From NCBI GenBank assembly GCA_003971905.1, contig RSEE01000004.1, forward strand, positions 744,001 through 808,000: 64,000 nt of DNA, in the 5' to 3' direction. This DNA is from Moniliella sp. 'wahieum' (Eukaryota). Under the pieces are notes generated by a model, which did no database searches, was not told where the DNA came from, and saw nothing but the letters and a program-made list of their open reading frames with translations. Positions 11,603 to 21,657 of the stretch are shown piece by piece. Each line of letters opens with the position of its first letter. Position 1 is the stretch's first letter. The translations under genes and the position numbers were made by a program.

Positions 11603-14600
11603 ATGACGCACCGCACCGCAGCCACTCGCCCCCCGCAGCGCACTCATATAGACGTTCGGCCAGCCCATCTCAAACAGCACACTGCCCCTCTGCCCAGCCA
11701 CACCGCACACCGCCGGAGACACTGCCCAGCAGCCCCTTTCCAGATCAGGCAGAGGCTGGGTAAGACCTTGCGCGATCTCAGCCACCAGGGCAGTGTCCAG
11801 CCGGGAGAATCTACTTGAGCGAGAGGCAAACGCCCAGGGGGAACTTGGCCCCGCTGGGCCAGTCCTTGGCAAGTCAGCCTCAGCTTCAAGCTCAGCCCCG
11901 CTCACGCCTCTTATTGACAACGCCGGTCACAGATCATCTGTCCATGTCATAGGGCGCGCTCTGCTCTGCTCTTTCTGACCAACATCCTCGCCGTCTCCGT
12001 CAACGCGGCTTGCCTCCGACGTCGCCCGTGGAACATCGTCGTCATCGTGCCACACACACCTGCTTCACCGCATACCTCTCCACACCGCACCCTCCACCGT
12101 ACCATCTGTAGGCGGCAAGGAGGCTGCGGAGGGTGAGATGGACCCGTCCAGAAGCGCCAGCTTGGCCAGCAAGAGTGCAAGCAAGAGCGCCAGCCGCGCG
12201 AGTAAATCTGCCTCCCGCTCAGCCTACGATTCGAGCCGCAGCGCAAGTCGCGAGACGTCACGAGCCAAAAGTCGTGTCCAAGGCCTCCTCTCGGTCGGAA
12301 GCGTCTGTATCGAGAACGGCAACCGCTAGCGCCCCCTCCTCGGCTACCTCTGTTCCATCTACGTTACCGTCATCCCCCCCCTCTCTTCTCCCACCACCGC
12401 TTCTACCACGACTTCGCCCATTCCAACTTCCTCCACGGAAACGGCCTCGTCCTTTAGCTCCCCTGCAACACCTTCGGTCACTTCTTCTTTGACTGGTACC
12501 TCGTCTTCGGGGGCCACCTCTTCTTTGGGGGTGTCCTCGTCGGGGGCTACTTCATCTTCGGAGGCTACCTCATCTTCAGCTCCCACTTCGGCTACCTCTT
12601 CGGCTACAGCAACCTCCAGTCTCTCCAGTTCTCCGCCCCCTACTTCCACGGTGCAGACGAGCTCAACCAATCAGGCACCAGCACCACTCTTCCTACCAGC
12701 TCCCTAACCAGCGCCACCCTCAGCTCGTTGACAACAAGCACTCCCGCTTCCAGTACCGTTCATCGTCTTCTAGCCCCTTTCCTCTCCCCTCCGGAGTGCA
12801 CACACACCATCATCATCTCTCCGGTGGGCAGATTGCGGGAATCGTGCTCGGGAGCGTGTTTGGGGCCCTAGTGCTCCTACTGGTATTGGCGCTGTTGGCA
12901 CTCCTTCTTCGTCGCCGACAGAGGGGAAATGGAGGCATCAAAGCCGCAGAGGCAGGCAGAGCAGCCGAAGAGGGCGCCCTCTGGGTGAGCATCCGGGGGA
13001 CATTACGGGTCCTGATTTCGCCCCGTGTTGGATGCGCAGAGCTCAGGGCAACGCGTAATGCAACAGGGTGCATATGCACCCGTGGCAGCCCAGGATGATG
13101 CATTGCCTGTTTCCAGGGTCGGTGCGGACACTTCCGGGGTGGCCGCCGCAGGGACAGGTGCCGGCGTTGCTGCCGGGGCAGGCATATTGGCAGGAATAGG
13201 ACGAAGCAACTCGGCAAGGAAGCCCATCAAGACGACGGCCGATGAAGCGGAAGCTGCCGCAGTTGCCGAGGAAGCCGCAAGGCGAAACAAACGCCTCTCT
13301 TGGTTAGCGCCTTTCTTTGCCCGCTCCCCGACCGGGCAGCACCATCGTCGCCTTTCGATCACGTCACCACTGATGAGGCGCACCCGTTCTTCCACTCCGG
13401 GTCCAGCGTCCCCTACGTCACCGACCCACGGCGACATGTACGACACGGGGAGATCGATTGGGTCCCATCCATCTTATCCCGCGGTGGAGCGTGTGGATGA
13501 GATGGGCGTGGCAGGTATGGCAGGTGCCGCTGGTGCATCAGAGCCTGGAAGCAAACCAAAACCCTCCCCGCTCTCCCCCCGCTGACCCAAGCGAGCTGCA
13601 TCCTACCCATTCCACTGCTCCTCCTGCCACTTCATCCCCCGCTTTACTCAGCCTGGAAGAGATTCGGACCTCTTAGTCCCTGTCCATGAAGCTGAAGGTC
13701 CAAGTAGCCAAGCTTGGACAAGTGCACGAGCGTCGCCTGCCCCCGATTTGAGTACACCTGCGCTGGTGGTTGAGGGGAGAAGAGTTTCACCCGCGGAGCC
13801 CGGACCCCAAGGACGGGAAAGAGCCCTTCCAGCCTGTCTGCCACCACGCAGGACCAGTGGTTCGATGCCCGCCAAACGCCCGCTTCCGTCACCCCAAGGC
13901 ATACTCCAAGCCCCTATCCTAGGCTGAGCGAGGGGGGCGGTGAGGCACGTTTAGCGGCACATCACCCACCCCTGTCGAGATTTCGGACGAGGCCTTGTTA
14001 GCTCCCACGTCGGCTTTGGGAATGCTTGTGCCGTCTACCAGTGTGGTTCCCCCATTTGGTACCACGGCCGGCGAGGGTGCAGCGAGGTCCTCTGGCTACT
14101 CGTCATTTGGCCAAAACACCAACCTTCTGGGTCCTGGGGCGGAAGGCGAGTCTCCTCCTATGACGCTTAGTTCTCCACCTGCCTTGCCCAAGAAGCATGG
14201 GTGGATGCAAGCGATGGCAACATGTTATCCTCATGGGTGGTGCGCAAGGCGGTGAAGACGTTGGGTCGACCAAGTGATGGACCCCTCTGACCCAGACAGC
14301 GGGAATCAGACCAGTGGTGCGCACATTCTTCCCATGGCAGCTGAAGGCGGAGCAAGAACACCGAAAGCCCGCAACCCAGAAGGCGTACAAGCCGTCTTTC
14401 TGGCCCGCGTTCACGCCCCGCTCCCCTACCACCCATAACCACGGAACGAACTTCCATCACACCTCAAGCTCAAGTGGAAGACTTCCTCTTCGACCCGAGA
14501 TGGGACCAGGGCCCGTGTCCCCCTTTGGTGCTGGGAAGCGGAGCACCTTTGGTCCCCCGTCAGAGGAAGAGCAAGGGAGGCTGATTCTGCCGCCCTCGGC

Positions 14601-14775
14601 AGTCGATGGGTCGTCCATCGTTGGGTCGGTGGCCGAGACGCCTGTCGATCTTCTCAAGACAGGCCGTCACCCTCGTATCCCTCGGCCGCAGCCAGCCCCG
14701 CAGCATCTCGATGGGGCAGAGGCACCTCGTACGCCCGAGAAAGTTCGTCCAACAACGAGCACTCTCTTGATCTGA
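11603..14775 (+). CDS. Single-pass membrane protein with Ser/Thr-rich ectodomain and long disordered tail (Mid2/Wsc/mucin-like architecture)
   Basis: S/T/A-rich tract at ~12140-12780. TM helix LSGGQIAGIVLGSVFGALVLLLVLALLALLL followed by RRRQR at ~12818-12922. Pro/Ser-rich tail in ORFs 13025..13585 and 14314..14775. Start and end uncertain. Confidence 0.7.
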
Positions 14776-15262
14776 GTCGGCGTGCTGGCGTGTCAGACGA
14801 GCGCGAACGGTCTCGGACGTCGAGCCAGGTTCCGGAGAGTGACGCGTGGAGTACGCATCTCGTGTATCTGCTTGTTGTTTACCCAGGCTCCAAGTGCTTT
14901 CTCTTTATCTCATCTATGGAGCTTGAAGAACGGCTGAACGGCTGAAGCTTGAAATCGTGCCCACACGTAAATACCGCCGGCGACGACGACCATGGCGATG
15001 CTCAATATGTTTTTCGTTTATACTAGCTTTGGATTATGTTCTGTTCCTCCCCACCCATGGTACATCCTACGCTCCCCTTCTTGTTCCTCCCCCCCTGTCC
15101 TATCTCTGTCCGCTCATGCGCCTGCAATCTATCCATGTACCCGCCGCTATTTGACCAACAAGGCACGCGTGTGCGTGCGAGCCCAGTCCGGGGAAGCTCA
15201 AGTGCCAGGCAAGCAGCGATTGTAACCGAACGAGCATCATGCATCACGCACATCGATCTCTG

Positions 15263-15344
15263 CACGTGCCACAATAAAAATGGAAGAACAGAGCACGTGC
15301 AACCCTAGTGGTGCTGCTGCGGCGAGCAAACCGGGGAACCCTAG
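15263..15344. promoter_or_regulatory. RPS24 promoter: two CACGTG boxes and two AACCCTAG (telobox/Tbf1-like) sites
   Basis: CACGTG at 15263 and 15294; AACCCTAG at 15301 and 15337; 70-150 bp upstream of the ATG. Confidence 0.5.
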
Positions 15345-15410
15345 CGATTGCAAGTCAGCTTCTACTCCACCGGCCGTCACCACCAGCCGCGTTACCACCA
15401 AGCACCCAAA

Positions 15411-15974
15411 ATGGTGAGTCCTTACGCAGGGGGGGGGCGAGTGGGGCGCATGGGTCAGCTTGCGCTGCACCGATGGGAGGTTGTATGGCCCCGCTTGGGC
15501 CTCCCCCTCTGGAGTGTGGGAGAGAAGATGGGTGGGAAAAGCTGTGCTGACACGAATATGGATTGTGTGCAGGACCCCAACTCGCCTGTGACGCTGCGCA
15601 CGCGCAAGTTCCTGCGTAACGCCCTTCTCCAGCGGCGGCAATGCGTGCTGGAGGTGATCCACCCGGCGCGTCCCAACGTCAGCCGTGCCGAGCTGTCGGA
15701 GAAGCTGGGTGCGCTCTACAAGGCGCCTGCCGAGCAGGTGGTCACCTTTGGCCTGCGCACGCACTTTGGTGGTGGCCGCACCACTGGCTTTGCGTTGATC
15801 TACGACTCGGCGGAGGCGCAGAAGAAGTTTGAGCCCAAGTTCCGTTTGGTGCGCTCTGGTCTGGAGGCCAAGGTGGAGGGTGCCGGTCGCAAGCTCAGGA
15901 AGGAGCGCAAGAACCGCAGCAAGAAGTTCTTTGGCACGGCCAAGAACAAGGCTGCCGACGCCAAGAAGAAGTAA
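15411..15974 (+). CDS. RPS24: 40S ribosomal protein S24 (eS24)
   Basis: Exon 1 is ATG (15411-15413). Intron 15414-15572 (GTGAGT...GCTGAC...CAG). Exon 2 reads [23 protein letters not shown]...[21 protein letters not shown]...[10 protein letters not shown]. Confidence 0.97.
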   Translation: MVSPYAGGGRVGRMGQLALHRWEVVWPRLGLPLWSVGEKMGGKSCADTNMDCVQDPNSPVTLRTRKFLRNALLQRRQCVLEVIHPARPNVSRAELSEKLGALYKAPAEQVVTFGLRTHFGGGRTTGFALIYDSAEAQKKFEPKFRLVRSGLEAKVEGAGRKLRKERKNRSKKFFGTAKNKAADAKKK

Positions 15975-16316
15975 GCCTATGCCCTCGTGTGGCCCTAGTG
16001 TCGGCCACTTCATATCCTCGCTGGCACGATGGGATCATCGAAAATTGCACACTCTGGATGCGGGACATCATTCCCTGTTGGCCGTCACAACCCTGCCTCT
16101 TTTGTTACTCGACCCTCGCTCGGTTCATGGCAGAGGCCACACACTTTCCTCTCTCTTCTCCCTGATCAAGAGTATGCACCTCCATGGCAATGAAGCTATC
16201 CATATGCCCCAGGTTTGTTGAGGTTGCTGCGCCGTTCTGAGGCGCTTCCATTTACAGAGCGTTACTCACAGTACCGAGTGCGAAGTAGGATCATGATCAG
16301 AGACTGACACGGGAGA

Positions 16317-18411
16317 TTACATGTCACGGAAAAGGGTGTGCCAACTGTAACCGCGCGTCATCTGGGATGGGTCGTGCAAAATGATGAAACCCATCGTCTT
16401 TATCGGGGCCAGAGCAAGGCAAAATGTAAAAAAGACGATGGGAGTAGAGTTCCAAAAGACAGGTGGGCAGAACAGAGCCTTCAAGCTTCCTCTTCGTCGT
16501 ACAGCCATCCCCAGTATGCGTCACACCGCACCCGTCCCAGGAGAGCATATTGACTTCTTCAGCCAGTTGGCGGGCCCGCTGGGGATCCAGCTGGACTTTT
16601 CACGGGCGTGGACGAGGGTGAAGAGTCAGCGCTGTGTTGGAAGGTGCCAAAGCTACCGGGGGATTTGGCTGCAACGAAGGAAGCCTGTTCCTCTTCTGGG
16701 CCCGAGGGCGAGGCGGGAGATAGGAAAAAAGCAGGAAGAAACAGGGTAAGGCCGAGGACGACCTGTGCCGCTTGCACCATCACCGAATAGGCAGATGGGA
16801 AGTATCTTCATCCAGGAGCTTGGCTGTCCCCACCTGAATGGTCACCCGGAATGCGTCAAGGGCTACCATGCACTCCAAGGGCGACCGCAGTAACGTGAGT
16901 TCCGACGCCCATGCGGAGGCCTGCAGTGTGCCGGGGATGAGCAAGCGATCCAGCCCCACGTGGTCGTGCTAGGCTGAAGGCCCTTCCAATGGGGGATAGG
17001 CGGAAGACGTTTGGGTGGGCCGTGTTTGCCCCATAATCCAGTAAGGAGGTGCCAGGTACGTTTGCTCGACCGGTCCCAGAGCAAATAACTGCCCCCACCC
17101 AAAACAAGGCAGGCGATCCAAGCGCCGCAGGCCGTGAGAAGAGAGGGTGGGATCTGTGTGAACGCAGGCGCACAAGTGGAAACAGGAGAGCTTGGGCGAC
17201 AACCCAGCGTACCCCCGTCACCACCGAGGCCAGCACGACCCTTCCTCCCTCGAGACCGTCTTGATGCATGTCTCGGAAAGACGATCCCAACGCACCTGTG
17301 AGGCCGTCGATAACAACTAACCCCCCCACAGAGCGAGAAGAGCGTAGCCCCCTCCTTTGGAATGCATCATGCGCCCAGCGGTAAGAACCACGAGTCCCGT
17401 GGGCAAGCGTCCGAGTCCAATTGTAGCCAGATGAGTGTGCTGAAGCCCCTGCGAAAGGAGTGCTGTCTCCGCCGCATAGAGTCCACCCAAGGCCAAAACA
17501 CCCAAGCACCACACGTTGATCGAGGGGTGGGCGCGAGTATTGGCGGCAGGCTTGCACAGGGGGACGAAAACAATGATAGCCCCAAGGCGGAAACCAAGGT
17601 CGTAACCGCAGTTTGAAGCGCACTGACGAATACAGGGGGGAACGCGAGTTTGCGGTGGGTGTGCCTGGCAATGGCAATCGAAGATGGGGGGTGGCAAAGA
17701 GATGTCGGTTCCAGAGGTAGAGGAAGTGGTGGTGCAAAGCCAGAACAAAATAAGATGACGTATCTGGACCTGTGGGTGAATACTGGTTTGGAAAGTGCGG
17801 ACGAGGACAGGGTCGGAGCTGCTGGGCATCATGGACGGGGCAACAAGGGAGGCACGTCCTTAGTCGTGTCGGGACCCATGAGCTTACTTTTCCCCTTGCC
17901 CTTGCCCTTGCCCTTGCCCTTGTCCAAATTGGGACGGGATCGGGACGGGTTGTATGTGTATGTGTACTTGTACCGGGGCGTGTGCCCCCCTTCGATGTCC
18001 GGGCAGAGTCTGTAGGGCGCGTGGGCGGATTGGCGATTGGGGCGGTGGCGGAACCATGAGCTTGCGCCACAATTGGGTGGTTGCCTTGTGGTGGGATGAG
18101 TCTTCTGTCGGCGGCGGGGCGGAGGTGGGAGACACCAAGGGGGACGAGGAGGGGCGCGAGTAGTGCAGAGCATCAGACGAGGACACTCGTTGATGGGTGT
18201 CTCTGGAGGTGCTGGCACCCAGAGAAGCAAAGAGCGCCGATCCGTCCGCCACCCAGGAGTGTGTGCGCCGCGTGGGAGAGGACGTTAACAGTAGAGGGGG
18301 CGGGAAGCTGCCGGACGAAGAGGTATCAGAGGACGAGTCGGAGGAGCAGTTGCGGGAGCGGGGCGACACGCTCCTGGTGAGAAACGGGGAGGGGGGAGGC
18401 AAGGAGCGCAT
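16317..18411 (-). CDS. Divergent nucleotide-sugar/triose-phosphate transporter-like (SLC35/DMT) membrane protein with disordered N-terminus
   Basis: Ser/Pro-rich N-terminus, then several hydrophobic segments. VLASVVTGVRWVVAQALL resembles the SLC35C2/Ymd8 motif (ASxxxGxRWxLxQxLL). Several frameshifts. Confidence 0.5.
17893..17925. repeat. (TTGCCC)n hexamer repeat encoding KGKGKGKGK on the minus strand
   Basis: cccttgcccttgcccttgcccttgcccttgtcc read directly. Confidence 0.85.
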
Positions 18412-19079
18412 GGCAATCGTGGGGAGCGATGATGGTTCGTGAGATCGTGAGATGAGGCCGGGACAGATATGGATGGGGACGCTCAAGAGGGCGTGCAGCG
18501 GGGGCTGAAGGACGTGCGGGGGCGATGGTCGAACGAAACAAGCGATCCAAGGCCGTGCTCCAGAGACGATCGAGTGGGCGCAAGGGCGTAGCCAAAACCA
18601 GCCACAGAGCTTCCCAGCGCGAACGCGCTGACTGGCGCTGAGCGCTGATTGTGGGTTACAAGCCGGGAGATGCCGGTCTCAGCCGCAGCCGACAGACGCC
18701 GCCTCGGCCGGCGGCCCACAACGCCACCTGCGGGGACCCGCACGACGCCCGGAGAAGCTTGACTTGCAGTCCAGGTCCGAGCTGCTACAAAGTCCCCTCG
18801 CTTCACTCGCCTTATTGCCCGCCTGGCGCGACCAGCACGTCGACCGGCCGGGGTCCACAATAGTTCAATTTCAGCCGAATTGCTCCAGCGTGGCAGCACA
18901 TCATGCATCATGCATCATGCACCAGGCAAGGCAGTTGCTATGGACACACTGGATTCCGACCCATCGTGTGGTTAATCACTGACGCTTCCACCATCTCGCA
19001 TTGTCCAGTTACAGCAGGACGGCCCCTAGCGTCATGCATTCCGTTGCCACCAACCGCACTGGGCTGCTCGTCTCTCCTC

Positions 19080-20874
19080 TCACAGTTTCGTCGCACTCTT
19101 CCGCGCCAACGCCTGCCCGGCCTTCATGCCGGTCATGATGCACCCTGTCACAAATGTGCCCTCGAGCGCATTGTGTCCCATCATCCCGCCCCCGCCAAAC
19201 CCACACACCTCGCCCGCCGCATACAGGCCTGGCACCGGCGTGGTGTGGTCCCCGCGCAGCACCTGCGAATCCAGGTTGGTCTGCAGACCGCCTAGCGTCT
19301 TGCGCGTGAGTAACGACAGCCGCACCGCCAGCAGCGGCCCATTGGCTTCGTCGAGCATCTTGTGGGGCGGGCAGAGGCGGGCTTCTTCAGAGGCACAGGT
19401 CCGTGCCTGGATGACCAGCGCGTGCTGTTGGTCTTTGCCAAACCCATTTTCCGAAGCCAAGTCGTGATCGCGGATCTGGGCATAAAGGTGGTCGTAGTCC
19501 ACATGCGCTGCCTTCCTGCCCTTTCCCTTTGGTCTTTGGCGGTGAGCTCGTTCATGGCCTGTACCAACTCTTTGAGCGTGGGGCGGACAATCCAGTCGAC
19601 ACCATGCTGCATAAAGTCGCGCACACCCTTGGATCCCAGCCGTTTGCGTTCCAGCATACCTTCAATCGACTTGTTCGTCAACTCAGGGTTCTGCTCGCAT
19701 CCACAAGGCCATTTCCTTCTTCATCTCTCATTGTCCATGAGATGCCAGGAGTAGTCATAACCTGTGGCCAAAATGTGCTTGAACGTGGTAATCGTATCGC
19801 AAGAAGGATACATTGGCGGAGGAAACCGCGTGCCCTCGGCATCGAGCCAGAGTGGCGAAGGGCCCGCAATGACTCGGATCCCGTGGTTGGGCCAGATGGG
19901 ATTCCAGTTTTGGACGCCCTGTCGAAACACTGAGGGTTAGCATACCCTCACCTCAATCCAGCACATCACAAGCTGCAATCCCTCGAATCTACTGAACGTA
20001 CCTCAGTGTAGAACCAGAGCCGGTCTGGGTTGACCACTGCTCCGCCGGCCTTTTGTCCCAGGGCCAAACCGGAACCATCGACGTGGTTTGGCACTCCCAA
20101 GACAAAGTTCTCAGGGCACTTGCCCAGTATGTGGGTGGGCCACAACTTCCGGATCAGCTCCGGGTTTCCACCAATGCCGCCAGTAGAGACGATGGTGCGC
20201 GGGCCTTGAAGTCAAACTTGGCCACAGGCACGCGAGATGACTTCACACCCGTGCAACGTCGGATGGCTCGAGAATGGTCCCTGTCGCACCAACAACCTTG
20301 TCGTCGACAAGGGTAAGTTGATCAACCTTGTGCCGGAATCGGAAGGTAACCAGTCCTTTCTCCTGGGCCGCCCGAACCGGCTTAACAAACAAGTCCAGCA
20401 GGGCTGGTCCAGTTCCCCAGGTAATGTGAAAGCGGGGCACAGAGTTTCCATGGCCCGAGGAGGAGAACCCGCCGCGTTCGGCCCATGAAATGGTAGGGTA
20501 AATCTCGATTCCCAACTTGTCGAGGTAGGCTTGCATTCCTGCTCGGTCCGTGACAAAGCGGAGATATTCCTCGGCCCATTGGATGGCCCACTTGTCCTCT
20601 GTCTCAGCACGATTGAATTGAGCCGAGTTGAACCAGTCCCGGCGGGCCAGCTCGTAGGAATCCTTGATCCCCCACTTTTGCTGGTAGGGCGAGTCGACGT
20701 AAAACACGCCTCCGTACGACCAATACGCTTGTCCACCCAACTCGCCTCCGGTTCTTGGTCCAGAATCACCACCTTCTCCCCGGCTTTCGTGAGCTCCAGG
20801 GCGGCTGCCAGACCAGCTAAGCCGCCCCCGATGATCAACACCGCATCGCCAAAGTCCTCGGTAACAGTGTGCAT
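19080..20874 (-). CDS. FAD-binding dehydrogenase, KsdD-like / PRK12834-type
   Basis: Rossmann motif IIGGGLAGLAAALEL. Family motifs GGQAYWSYGGVFYVDSP, GWAERGG-like SWAERGG, GHGNSVPRFHITWGTGP, TRKTLGGLQT, GLYAAGEVCGFGGGGMMGHNALEGTF. Intron 19919-20001. Confidence 0.9.
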
Positions 20875-20953
20875 GGCCGTGATGAAGCTTAGGATGAACT
20901 AGCAAGTGAATAGGGGGGTGGGGCAGAGCGGGGAGTAAGAGGGTGCGCGGTAC

Positions 20954-20963
20954 ACTATATATA
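20954..20963 (-). promoter_or_regulatory. TATA-like box upstream of the FAD dehydrogenase
   Basis: Minus strand reads CTTATATATAG about 80 bp upstream of the ATG, in GC-rich context. Confidence 0.45.
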
Positions 20964-21657
20964 AGAGCGCCGGCCGACATAGGCAGGTGCCGGCGGTTTG
21001 TACTTCTGTCTGTTCACAGTGTGGTCCACCGGCTATACATCCGGTGGCCGGCTGTGGGGCTGAGGCTGGGACGCAACACGGCTCCAAGAAATACGAAAGG
21101 GCGGGTCAGCGTTGGCGTACCGAGGGCGGATGATTGTTTTCCCGTCGCGTGTGCTGCTTAGTGGCGACCAGCACAAGCGGTAGATAGCGCGAGAGAGGAA
21201 AGCCGTGTGCGGTTTCGGTGCAACGCCCAGGCAGATTTAACGTTTACCCGCAGTACCCCATGCACAGTGCATGACCAATCGCATGTGGCCGGTGACTCAC
21301 CGGTGACTCGCTGCTCATGGGCGCTTAACGCCGCCCCAGCGGGGTTAACTCCGCTGCGCCCCGCCCCAGCAGCCCTGGCTCCTTTCAAGGCTTCCAGCTT
21401 CATCACATGCGCATGCGCAGCGGGCCATCGACGGGTTAAGCTAGCTTTAAGGGAAAAACAAGCGATATTCAATCAATCCTCACATGTGCGGCCGGTGGGG
21501 TCTCTACGTGTGTGCGCGGCGCGCTAAGCAACAACAAAAGAGGACGAAAGCGAAACGGGAAAACAAAAGCCACAGCCGAGAAGCGCAGAGGACGCGGGCG
21601 GCCTCGGGCCTCAGGCGAATAAAGAAGGAAGAAGGAAGACGCCTGGAGGCTCGTGAA

